A stretch of DNA of 64,000 nt, taken from NCBI RefSeq assembly GCF_044324785.1, contig NZ_CP172127.1; one strand, written 5' to 3'. The translations under genes were made by a program, and so were the position numbers. A model generated the notes under the pieces. That model was not told the origin of the DNA and searched no databases. It saw nothing but the letters and a program-made list of their open reading frames with translations. Shown in pieces: positions 14,017 to 21,941 of this stretch (the stretch's first letter is position 1; every line of letters begins with the position of its first letter). This DNA is from Escherichia coli (GTDB lineage: Bacteria > Pseudomonadota > Gammaproteobacteria > Enterobacterales > Enterobacteriaceae).

Positions 14017-14613
14017 ATGGCGCAGCATTCATTTATCAGGGTATCCGGCGGTTCGCTAATACCCGCGACACCAGACACGCAACGCTGGTTGACTGAACGA
14101 GTCAAACCAGGTGCTGTTGTGTATGCAGATTTCAAACAGGCGCGTAATCCCGCGTTTCATCGTAAATTTTTCTCACTTCTCAACCTGGGCTTTGATTACT
14201 GGCATCTCTCCGGAGGGGCTATTTCTCCTGCAGAGCGCGAACTGGTTCACGGCTACGTTAAGTTACTGGCTTATTACGGTGGGCATGGTGATGTCATGGC
14301 TGAGCTGGCTGATCAGTATCTTCTCGATGAGTCGGAAAAGCGCGCGGGGAATATCAGTGCGGTTAAGTCGTTCGAGGCGTTTCGCGCCTGGGCGACTATG
14401 GAAGCTGGATTTTATGACGTTCATCAGATGCCAGACGGCAGTGTGATGCGCGTACCTCGTTCAATCTCGTTTGCTGCGATGGACGATCTTGAGTTCGGTC
14501 AACTGTATTCAGCCGTTTTAGATGTGCTGTGGAATTATATTTTGTTCCGCACGTTTGCCTCTCAGGAGGCCGCTGAAAATGCCGCCGCGCAGCTGCTGGA
14601 TTACACATCATGA
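14017..14613 (+). CDS. DUF1367-like nin-region protein
   Basis: Pattern FKQARNPAFHRKFFSLLNLGFDYW and its position just before a YbcO-like gene, as in lambdoid nin regions. Confidence 0.6.
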   Translation: MAQHSFIRVSGGSLIPATPDTQRWLTERVKPGAVVYADFKQARNPAFHRKFFSLLNLGFDYWHLSGGAISPAERELVHGYVKLLAYYGGHGDVMAELADQYLLDESEKRAGNISAVKSFEAFRAWATMEAGFYDVHQMPDGSVMRVPRSISFAAMDDLEFGQLYSAVLDVLWNYILFRTFASQEAAENAAAQLLDYTS

Positions 14614-14903
14614 AAAAAATCGACCTGAGAAAAGCTGCACGCGGTCGCGCTTGTACTGTGCGTATCCCCGGTGTGTGCAATCACAATCCTGAAACCAGTG
14701 TACTGGCTCACTACCACCTCGCCGGAACATGCGGAACAGCAATCAAACCACACGATATGCAGGGCGCTATCGCCTGCAGTGCGTGTCACGATGCTATCGA
14801 CGGACGTACAAAAACAGATTACGAGCGTGATTCCTTATTACTGATGCACACAGAGGGCGTTTTAAGGACGTTGGCCATCTGGCGTAACGAGGGATTCATC
14901 TGA
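14610..14903 (+). CDS. YbcO-like protein (DUF1364, putative nuclease)
   Basis: DLRKAARGRACTVRIPGVCNHNPETSVLAH...ACSACHDAIDGR closely parallels DLP12 YbcO. Confidence 0.8.
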   Translation: MKKIDLRKAARGRACTVRIPGVCNHNPETSVLAHYHLAGTCGTAIKPHDMQGAIACSACHDAIDGRTKTDYERDSLLLMHTEGVLRTLAIWRNEGFI

Positions 14904-15574
14904 TGAGTAACGAGTATTTGTTGGAATATACCCGCATAAAACTGCGCGCTGCATTGCGGGATTTGTCTGGTGGTTCTAAGGGGCAGCTGGAAGCATTGTG
15001 TGAGCACCCGCCGGCAGACAAAAACGCATATCCACGCAAACATATTCATCGTGTGCAACTGGAGGACCGGACCGTTGATGCTCTGGTTACGCCAGTTTAC
15101 GCCCTGGAAAGTTTCAGCAGACGTCGTCCCGCGCCGCCGATGAATGATTTTGAATTCGCTGATTCATCGTGGCGCCGCGCCGTGAATTCGCTCGACGTTA
15201 GCCAGCAGGCGTGGTTGCGCTATTGCTACGGTGGTCACCTGGCGTTCAAACACCAAACAGCTATTTGTGAGGCTGTCTGGAGTCGCTATAAAGGACACAT
15301 CCCCGCGTCAACTCAGAGAAAAGTAGCTAAGCGCCTGCTTTCGTTGGTGTGGTTGTCCGTGCAGGCGGTTGCAGCAGCAAATAAACGCGAGGATTTTAAG
15401 GAGATGGCTGGATCTGCGCTAGCTGGAATGTTGTCTGTTTCTCGTTCCACCTGGTGCGAAACATACTCCCCGCACTGGGTAGGAATGAAAGAGGCGGTGA
15501 GAGCACTTGATGAAATGGCACTTCTTGCAACTTTGCATCATTATCAAAACCATTTAGACGACGTTTGCGTATAA
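14903..15574 (+). CDS. Late-gene antiterminator Q (phage 21/933W type)
   Basis: Motifs DLSGGSKGQLEA, SSWRRAVNSL..QAWLRYCYG, LVWLSVQAV and W.ETYSPHW. Followed by a promoter/terminator leader and then lysis genes. Confidence 0.85.
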   Translation: MSNEYLLEYTRIKLRAALRDLSGGSKGQLEALCEHPPADKNAYPRKHIHRVQLEDRTVDALVTPVYALESFSRRRPAPPMNDFEFADSSWRRAVNSLDVSQQAWLRYCYGGHLAFKHQTAICEAVWSRYKGHIPASTQRKVAKRLLSLVWLSVQAVAAANKREDFKEMAGSALAGMLSVSRSTWCETYSPHWVGMKEAVRALDEMALLATLHHYQNHLDDVCV

Positions 15575-15610
15575 TGCTTGCAAAACCGAACAAAACAGGC
15601 CATATTAAAC
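15565..15610 (+). promoter_or_regulatory. Candidate late promoter (PR-prime) region
   Basis: TTGCAA (15578-15583), 17 nt, CATATT (15601-15606). A perfect TATAAT also occurs at 15570-15575. The exact start site is not resolvable by eye. Confidence 0.4.
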
Positions 15611-15642
15611 GCTAATTTGGTATGTTGCCAAATTTCTAAGAA

Positions 15643-15669
15643 CCTCGCCACGGCGGGGTTTTGTCGTTT
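15643..15669 (+). terminator. tR-prime-like intrinsic terminator between the late promoter and the lysis genes
   Basis: cctcgcc-ac-ggcgggg followed by ttttgtcgttt. Confidence 0.7.
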
Positions 15670-15686
15670 CTGAATCAGGAAAAATC

Positions 15687-15844
15687 ATGTCTGAACCTCT
15701 AACCGCTGGCGTTGCTGCTGGCTCGGCGGGGGTGACGTTTGCTGCGTTATTTCCTGAGGCAACACCTGCAGTGATGATCTGTGCGCTGGCAGGCGCAGCT
15801 CTCTATGTGTTGTCGTCCGGGCAGCATCGATTCTGGAAGCAGGT
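15687..15844 (+). pseudogene. Holin-like gene, 5-prime part (52 codons), interrupted by IS2
   Basis: [52 protein letters not shown] then IS2. The frame continues at 17181 once IS2 and one copy of CAGGT are removed. Confidence 0.8.
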
Positions 15845-15935
15845 TAGACTGGCCCCCTGAATCTCCAGACAACCAATATCACTTAAATAAGTGATAGTCT
15901 TAATACTAGTTTTTAGACTAGTCATTGGAGAGCAG

Positions 15936-16301
15936 ATGATTGATGTCTTAGGACCGGAGAAACGCAGACGGCGTACTACACAGGAAAAGATCGCTATTGT
16001 TCAGCAGAGTTTTGAACCGGGAATGACGGTCTCCCTTGTTGCCCGGCAACACGGTGTGGCAGCCAGCCAGTTATTTCTCTGGCGCAAGCAATACCAGGAG
16101 GGAAGTCTTACTGCTGTGGCCGCAGGAGAGCAGGTCGTTCCTGCCTCTGAACTTGCTGCTGCCATGAAGCAGATTAAAGAACTCCAGCGCCTGCTCGGCA
16201 AAAAAACGATGGAAAATGAACTCCTTAAAGAAGCCGTTGAATACGGGCGTGCAAAAAAGTGGATAGCGCACGCGCCCTTATTGCCCGGGGATGGGGAGTA
16301 A
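15936..16301 (+). CDS. insC: IS2 transposase OrfA (InsC)
   Basis: [56 protein letters not shown]..., recognised as IS2 InsC. Confidence 0.95.
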
Positions 16302-17164
16302 GCTTAGTCAGCCGTTGTCTCCGGGTGTCGCGTGCGCAGTTGCACGTAATTCTCAGACGAACCGATGACTGGAAAGATGGTCGCCGCAGCCGTCACTCAG
16401 ATGATACGGATGTGCTTCTCCGTATACACCATGTTATCGGAGAGCTGCCCACGTATGGTTATCGTCGGGTATGGGCGCTGCTTCGCAGACAGGCCGAACT
16501 TGATGGTATGCCTGCGATCAATGCCAAACGTGTTTACCGGATCATGCGCCAGAATGCGCTGTTGCTTGAGCGAAAAACCGCTGTACCGCCATCGAAACGG
16601 GCACATACTGGCAAAGTGGCCGTGAAAGAAAGCAATCAACGATGGTGCTCTGACGGGTTCGAGTTCCGCTGTGATAACGGAGAAAAACTGCGAGTCACGT
16701 TCGCGCTGGACTGCTGTGACCGTGAGGCACTGCACTGGGCAGTCACTACGGGCGGCTTCGACAGTGAAACAGTACAGGACGTAATGCTGGGAGCGGTGGA
16801 ACGCCGCTTCGGCAACGAGCTTCCGGCGTCTCCAGTAGAGTGGCTGACGGATAATGGTTCATGCTACCGGGCTAATGAAACACGGCAGTTTGCCCGGATG
16901 TTGGGGCTTGAACCGAAGAACACGGCGGTGCGGAGTCCGGAGAGTAACGGCATAGCAGAGAGCTTCGTGAAAACGATAAAGCGTGACTACATCAGTATCA
17001 TGCCTAAACCAGACGGGTTAACGGCAGCAAAGAACCTTGCAGAGGCGTTCGAGCATTATAACGAATGGCATCCGCATAGTGCACTGGGTTATCGCTCGCC
17101 ACGGGAATATCTGCGGCAGCAGGCCAGTAATGGGTTAAGTGATAACAGGTGTCTGGAAATATAG
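16259..17164 (+). CDS. insD: IS2 transposase OrfB (InsD; made as an InsCD fusion by -1 frameshift)
   Basis: 301-aa [33 protein letters not shown]... with a DDE region. Overlaps insC in the -1 frame at AAAAAAG. Confidence 0.95.
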
Positions 17165-17180
17165 GGGCAAATCCACAGGT

Positions 17181-17406
17181 TATTTTCGCACTCATTTCGT
17201 TTGTTGGCGGTGTGTATTGCGCTGAGACAGCATCAGCCATCATTACCGGTATTCTGAACGCGGTGCTGAGTCACCTGAACCCTCCCGTAACAGTAAAAGT
17301 CTCTCCCGCCATTGGTGCACTGGTTGCATCAGTAATCAGCGTTACATCACTGTTGCGGATCATGTCACAAGCTCGTTTATGGAAATCAGATAAGGGGATG
17401 AAATAA
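17181..17406 (+). pseudogene. Holin-like gene, 3-prime part (74 codons)
   Basis: ...VIFALISFVGGVYCAETASAIITGILNAVLSHLNPPVTVKVSPAIGALVASVISVTSLLRIMSQARLWKSDKGMK. Hydrophobic helices and a charged C-terminus. The reconstructed gene would be 127 aa. Confidence 0.75.
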
Positions 17407-17678
17407 TGACCCTGCACTCTGTCCTCATTAATGCCAATGCAATTATCTGTCTGATGCTGGCACTGCGGTTGATGTTTTTTCAAAAAACAGGCCGCTATCG
17501 TTTTTTCATCTCACTAACTGCTTACCTGGCGATTCTGTCTGCTGCGTGGATAGCCCTACGAATTTTTTATGGGAAATATACGCAGGTTGATCCCGCAGAG
17601 TTCTTTCTCAACCTCACCATCTGTATTGCTGTCTGGCGGGCACGAGGGAATATTTCAAAAATAACAGGAGACAGGTAA
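17406..17678 (+). CDS. Three-TM small membrane protein (holin/antiholin-like)
   Basis: 90 aa with three hydrophobic segments. ATGA-type coupling between the holin-like gene and the endolysin gene. Confidence 0.6.
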   Translation: MTLHSVLINANAIICLMLALRLMFFQKTGRYRFFISLTAYLAILSAAWIALRIFYGKYTQVDPAEFFLNLTICIAVWRARGNISKITGDR

Positions 17679-18160
17679 TGACGGATCCTAAATGGCTAAT
17701 TGAGGCTCGAAAAAACCTCGGCATTCGGGAAATGAAAGGGAAGCAACATGCTGCAGAAATTGTGCAGTACTGGAAAGATATCAAACGCGGCGGCATTAAG
17801 GATGACGAAACACCGTGGTGCTCCGCCTTCACAGGAGCAATGCTGGAACGTGCAGGTATTCGCTCAACGCGTTTTGAGTCTGCGAATTCTTATCTCGATT
17901 GGGGTAATGAACTGAAGGAACCCGCCTATGGATGCATTGCTATTCTGTCTCGGTCTGGCGGTGGTCACGTCGGCTTTGTTGTCGGGAAAAATGCCGCCGG
18001 GGATTTAATGATTTTGGGGGGCAACCAGGCAGATGAAGTAAATATCAAAGCTTTTCCGAGCTCACGAGTTACCGGCTATCGCTGGCCTGTTGATGTGCTG
18101 GATGTGCCGTCAACCTTGCCGCTGCTGATGGGAGGTGAATTATCAACTTCGGAGCAGTAA
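17678..18160 (+). CDS. Endolysin, NlpC/P60-CHAP-like cysteine peptidase (TIGR02594-type)
   Basis: PKWLIEARKNLGIREMKG...DDETPWCSAF...GGHVGFVVG...ILGGNQADEVN...GYRWP follows the TIGR02594 phage peptidase pattern. Lysis-cassette position. Confidence 0.8.
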   Translation: MTDPKWLIEARKNLGIREMKGKQHAAEIVQYWKDIKRGGIKDDETPWCSAFTGAMLERAGIRSTRFESANSYLDWGNELKEPAYGCIAILSRSGGGHVGFVVGKNAAGDLMILGGNQADEVNIKAFPSSRVTGYRWPVDVLDVPSTLPLLMGGELSTSEQ

Positions 18161-18162
18161 CC

Positions 18163-18354
18163 ATGAAAAAGTTCTTTCTACTGGCAGCGTTGGTGCTTGC
18201 GGGTTGCTCAAACACGACGTACACGGAAGCAACGCATCCCAACGGCACGACCGTAAAGCACATTTCTATCGCACCGGGTACGAAGATCACAACCGCAAGT
18301 GGTGGCTGTATCGACTCTGCCGGGGCTGCGGCTTCATGCCCATTGGATCAATGA
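18163..18354 (+). CDS. Small lipoprotein (63 aa), possible o-spanin
   Basis: MKKFFLLAALVLAGC lipobox, immediately after the endolysin gene. No i-spanin partner ORF recognised. Confidence 0.5.
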   Translation: MKKFFLLAALVLAGCSNTTYTEATHPNGTTVKHISIAPGTKITTASGGCIDSAGAAASCPLDQ

Positions 18355-18553
18355 GGGTAATTGGCATAGGCAATTTAACCGTATAAGTGCGCCTTCACCG
18401 GCTTCCTGCAAATAAGTGCATTTCGTAATTTATAAAGTTCTAAGAAGCAAGTCCATAAGCTTAACATTACAGCACAAACGATCTGTTTTTAGTTCTATGG
18501 GTGTTCTCTTTTTTCGGGAATATATTTTAGTAACCAGAATTAAATTCTAAAAG

Positions 18554-18577
18554 GCCTCGCAACTGCGGGGCTTTTTT
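18554..18577 (+). terminator. Intrinsic terminator after the lysis cassette
   Basis: gcctcgc-aact-gcggggc followed by tttttt. Confidence 0.8.
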
Positions 18578-18730
18578 ATATCCGTATTTCGCTGCGCACC
18601 GCATGCGCATATCAACCACCGAACCAAACCCTTTGGAATGAGCCGTTGAGGATGTCAGTTAGTGCTGGCGAGCCTCGGTGGGCTGACTTCCTATGCGGCA
18701 ACGGTTCATCTCAAAGAGTAGGTACACGCT

Positions 18731-19228
18731 ATGAAATCATTAACCCTCTTCAATCAACCAATCCGCGTCGGGGATGATGGCATGATCTGCCTCACCGACA
18801 TGTGGAAAGCCAGCGGCAAAAGTGACGCTGAATCGCCGTACCACTATCTGCGAAACAAGCAGACCAAAGAGTTCCTTGTCGAGCTGGAGAAAAACCACGA
18901 ATCTGTGGTTTTCACTGCCCGCGGCGTACACGGCGGAACCTATGGCGGGAAGTTTGTTGCTTACGATTATGCGGCTTGGTTAAACCCAGGGTTCAAGTAT
19001 GCAGCCTATAAAGTACTCGATGACTACTTCACCGGAGAGCTTCGGCATCGTAATAGCTTAAGTGCGCAGCTCAACATGAAGTGTTATGAGTTTGACCAGA
19101 AGAAAGACATGGCGAGCTTCTGTGGGCAAGGACTCGCGGCATGGCGTTATACAAAGCCTGTGCTGATCGCTGAGATGAACACCTTGGCAAACCAACTGCA
19201 GATTACGCTCCCTGGACTTCCTGGATGA
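18731..19228 (+). CDS. KilA-N domain protein
   Basis: ICLTDMWKASGK...KQTKEFLVELEK...GGTYGGKFVAYDYAAWLNPGF fits the KilA-N pattern. Confidence 0.75.
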   Translation: MKSLTLFNQPIRVGDDGMICLTDMWKASGKSDAESPYHYLRNKQTKEFLVELEKNHESVVFTARGVHGGTYGGKFVAYDYAAWLNPGFKYAAYKVLDDYFTGELRHRNSLSAQLNMKCYEFDQKKDMASFCGQGLAAWRYTKPVLIAEMNTLANQLQITLPGLPG

Positions 19229-19467
19229 GTAATCGCGTCATCGAATGCGCCTCCAGAGCGGGGCGTGACTTCTCAGAGTTCATGAAAGGCGAGAAGGGTA
19301 TGGAGGACGCGCTGTCCTCGGTGAATCAGTTTGGCGAGCAGATTCGACTCAACGGCTGCGTCAATCATCACTTTGTCAGTTACATGATGCGTAACGCGAT
19401 CATGCAGGCATTCATGGACATGGCAAGCACTGAGAAAAAAGAAGAGCGCCGACGTAAACGAGCGTAA
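19225..19467 (+). CDS. Hypothetical protein (80 aa)
   Basis: ORF overlapping the KilA-N stop (ATGA); basic C-terminal tail. Confidence 0.5.
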   Translation: MSNRVIECASRAGRDFSEFMKGEKGMEDALSSVNQFGEQIRLNGCVNHHFVSYMMRNAIMQAFMDMASTEKKEERRRKRA

Positions 19468-19617
19468 GCAAAAGCTGAGTAGTCATTCCAAAGCTCATCC
19501 CCGGGCGGGCTTGATAATGGATAGTCATCACAGATTTAAAATGTGGCAATGAAGTCTCTTTAATAAGCCAATTCTTAGCATTATTCTGACCTCTCCAATT
19601 GAAAAGGAGGTTGAGTA

Positions 19618-19809
19618 ATGTCAGATGAAATCCGTCGCTGTAAAATCGTCAGTATGTATGAACAACCCGAGGGAACGTTCATTAAGTTCGCTCCAGTGAA
19701 ATTCTATGACGAAGGCAACAACCCTCATGTCGGCGAGCAAGCAATCGTAGAGATGGATAACGGCAAAGTGATTACCGTAAACCCGGGTGAGATTCACTTT
19801 ATTAAATAG
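19618..19809 (+). CDS. Hypothetical small protein (63 aa)
   Basis: Strong RBS AAGGAGG and its own terminator. Confidence 0.6.
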   Translation: MSDEIRRCKIVSMYEQPEGTFIKFAPVKFYDEGNNPHVGEQAIVEMDNGKVITVNPGEIHFIK

Positions 19810-19830
19810 TGACAAAACTGATTGTGATGA

Positions 19831-19852
19831 AACCCACTGCGGTGGGTTTTTT
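19831..19852 (+). terminator. Intrinsic terminator
   Basis: aacccac-tgcg-gtgggtt followed by ttttt. Confidence 0.8.
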
Positions 19853-19883
19853 ATTGCCATCACCATGGGCAGACCCATCGTAA

Positions 19884-19913
19884 TGGCAAAAGCAGGGCGA
19901 GGTTATCGCCCTG
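19884..19913 (-). terminator. Intrinsic terminator for the minus-strand two-gene unit
   Basis: Minus strand cagggcga-taacc-tcgccctg followed by cttttgcc. Confidence 0.6.
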
Positions 19914-19917
19914 TGTC

Positions 19918-20187
19918 TTAACCGCGTGCCTCACGACCCTCCTCGTCCTCAGGTACACGATATCGCCAGTATTTGTCCGGCCTAACCCAAACAACATCCC
20001 CGCCGCTATCAACTCTGAACTTATTTATGACTTTTGTTGAAAGTGCTTGGTTGCCGTCTGCATTTTCCTTCAAATGTTGCTCATTACCAACTTTGACCAA
20101 ATAATCAACGACGTCCTGCTGGTATAAGCATCCATCTTTTTGCAGTGCAGATAACATCCAATTTGATACATCTGCAACATCTAACAC
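19918..20187 (-). CDS. Hypothetical protein (89 aa), partner of the DUF2158 gene
   Basis: ORF 14 nt downstream of the DUF2158 gene on the minus strand, followed by a terminator. Confidence 0.55.
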   Translation of the reverse strand: MLDVADVSNWMLSALQKDGCLYQQDVVDYLVKVGNEQHLKENADGNQALSTKVINKFRVDSGGDVVWVRPDKYWRYRVPEDEEGREARG

Positions 20188-20201
20188 AGTGGTTGATTGG
20201 G

Positions 20202-20420
20202 TTATGGCTTTGGGATGAATTTATCTAACGACTCTTCTGGGAAATTACCACTGTCTAATTTCCTTCCTGCAAACCATTGGCAACGGTAGTTACCATTGAA
20301 GGTATCCGATAAGGTAGTAAGTGGTTTTTCAACAGTCATTGCTGGGCCACCTGATTTCAATACGACTAGCTCCCCTTTATTAAATTTTGCAACTGGAGTT
20401 TGTGAAGGTGCTTTAGCCAT
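20202..20420 (-). CDS. DUF2158 (YodC-like) small protein
   Basis: FNKGELVVLKSGGPAMTV...YRCQWFAG parallels host YodC (VTVKEGGPRMIV...VECRWYDG, 57562-57744). AAGGA RBS. Confidence 0.7.
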   Translation of the reverse strand: MAKAPSQTPVAKFNKGELVVLKSGGPAMTVEKPLTTLSDTFNGNYRCQWFAGRKLDSGNFPEESLDKFIPKP

Positions 20421-20527
20421 TTTATGTCCTTAAAAGTTAGTGATATGACAATGATTAGATGGCGACAATAGGTATAAATTTCAATAATAACAACTTGACT
20501 TAGCTCACAAAATTTAAAGGAAATCTT

Positions 20528-20653
20528 ATGGCAAAACCGGACTGGGGAGCACTGCAACACCAGTTCCTCGCCGTCCATGCCAAAACGGGTATATCACCGA
20601 AAGAATGGTGTGACGCGTAGGGACTGAGCTTCGCAACAGCCGCCGACGTATAA
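20528..20653 (+). pseudogene. N-terminal remnant of a small-terminase-like gene (in-frame stops)
   Basis: MAKPDWGALQHQFLAVHAKTGISPKEWCDA*GLSFATAADV* resembles the HTH N-terminus of some phage small terminase subunits. Broken after 30 codons; no downstream continuation. Confidence 0.4.
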
Positions 20654-20757
20654 AAAACAATTGCGCAATGTGCCAAAGAGCTGGTGCCTGATGTAAGAGA
20701 CGTTTTACTTAAACGAGAGGCCGCCTTTTTGTTTTAAGACGGCACACCTTCAACAGG

Positions 20758-21003
20758 TTAAGGTAACCGATTTGACCATTTAGTTGCGCGCCAGTTGTTC
20801 TGAATCATAATCTCCTCGAGTATCTCATCTGAAGGCTCTGCTTCGCCGCTTAACCATTCTCTTAAAGTTGGACAATGCAGGTAAGAGGAGTTCGCACGAT
20901 AAAAAGATACGATGGTTTCCTCTGATAACTTCTCAGGAAATTTTTTGGGGTCAGCTTCTTTTAATATTACGCTCATTAAGGCTTCGATTTTTTCTTTGTT
21001 CAT
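20758..21003 (-). CDS. Hypothetical protein (81 aa)
   Basis: Minus-strand ORF between the lysis and packaging modules. No motif recognised. Confidence 0.45.
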   Translation of the reverse strand: MNKEKIEALMSVILKEADPKKFPEKLSEETIVSFYRANSSYLHCPTLREWLSGEAEPSDEILEEIMIQNNWRATKWSNRLP

Positions 21004-21265
21004 TTTTTTGTGTGCTCATGGTTGTTGCTTTTCTGTAAGAATATCAATAATTTCAAGATATATACACATAGGGAAAACTTTGTTCGGTAGTCTATCGATA
21101 CAGCGCAAAAGGATGGCTCGCTGCCAAAGTGAAAGCTTACGCTGATAATGAGATACACAAAGCTGATGTATGCAAACAAGTACGCCGCGAGGCTACAGTC
21201 GAGTTTGATGAACCTGATGCGAGCCCCCGATTCCTGTCCTGAAAGGGATATAGCCCCCCTGGTCG

Positions 21266-21310
21266 CGGGTCCTTTCCGAAATTCAAAACACCGAGGGTCG
21301 GTAGACGCGC
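21266..21310. promoter_or_regulatory. cos-like region (candidate cosQ/cosN)
   Basis: CGGGTCCTTTCCG (21266-21278) is identical to the string 18 nt left of the lambda cosN nick. Lies ~100 bp upstream of the Nu1-like gene. The cohesive-end sequence itself is not conserved with lambda. Confidence 0.35.
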
Positions 21311-21374
21311 AAAAACTCACTCGTTTTTAGTATTTTTTCATTTTGGGTATTTCCGGTTCCGGTGAGGATTTTTA

Positions 21375-21941
21375 ATGGCAAGTCAGGCTGAGGTCGCAGC
21401 ACATTTACTGCTATCTGATCGTCGTCTGCGCGATCTTGCAAAACTTCCGGGAGCCCCAGTCCCCCAAGGACGTGGCGATTGGGAACTTGACGCATGGCGC
21501 CATTTTTATATTCGTTATCTCCGGAGCAATAGACGCGACACAACTAGTAATGACGAACCGGAAGCTGGGGACAATTCTCCCGAAAAAAATCGCGAGCAGT
21601 GGTTGAAAAATGAGGAACGGCAGGAGCGAATCCTGATGGCTCGCGTGAAACGCCGCATTCTTGCTAAACGCTACGCGCCAATTGAATTAATCAGCGTATC
21701 TGTATCTCGCGTCGCAGTTGAATTACGTACCCGTGTCGAATCGTGGCCACCACGGTTAAAAAAGGTGTGGCCGGAAATGCCGCAGGAGGCGAGCAGTGTA
21801 TTACGAGAGGAGCTGGCAATAGCCCTGAATGAACTGGCAGACATACGAATCGACTTCAGCGATTACGATGTCAGCGATATCGAACGCGATCTCGACAGGG
21901 TTGAATCCCTTGCGCGTGACGATACCGATGACGGGGGTTGA
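21375..21941 (+). CDS. Terminase small subunit, lambda Nu1-like
   Basis: N-terminal HTH-like SQAEVAAHLLLSDRRLRDLAKLPGAPV...DAWRHFYIRYL, acidic C-terminus. Precedes and overlaps the gpA-like gene. Confidence 0.75.
   Translation: MASQAEVAAHLLLSDRRLRDLAKLPGAPVPQGRGDWELDAWRHFYIRYLRSNRRDTTSNDEPEAGDNSPEKNREQWLKNEERQERILMARVKRRILAKRYAPIELISVSVSRVAVELRTRVESWPPRLKKVWPEMPQEASSVLREELAIALNELADIRIDFSDYDVSDIERDLDRVESLARDDTDDGG

Larger units (their letters stand above)
15845..17175 (+). mobile_element. IS2 (IS3 family), complete 1331-bp copy
   Basis: Ends TAGACTGGCCCCCTGAATCTCCAGACAACC... and ...GGAAATATAGGGGCAAATCCA. InsC/InsD reading frames with an A6G frameshift site at 16253-16259. 5-bp direct repeat CAGGT at 15840-15844 and 17176-17180. 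Confidence 0.95.

Noticed and set aside
18135-18386. 83-aa ORF overlapping the small lipoprotein gene, considered as an i-spanin
   Set aside because: No N-terminal TM segment, His/Arg/Cys-rich composition, and a start inside the endolysin gene. Not spanin-like.
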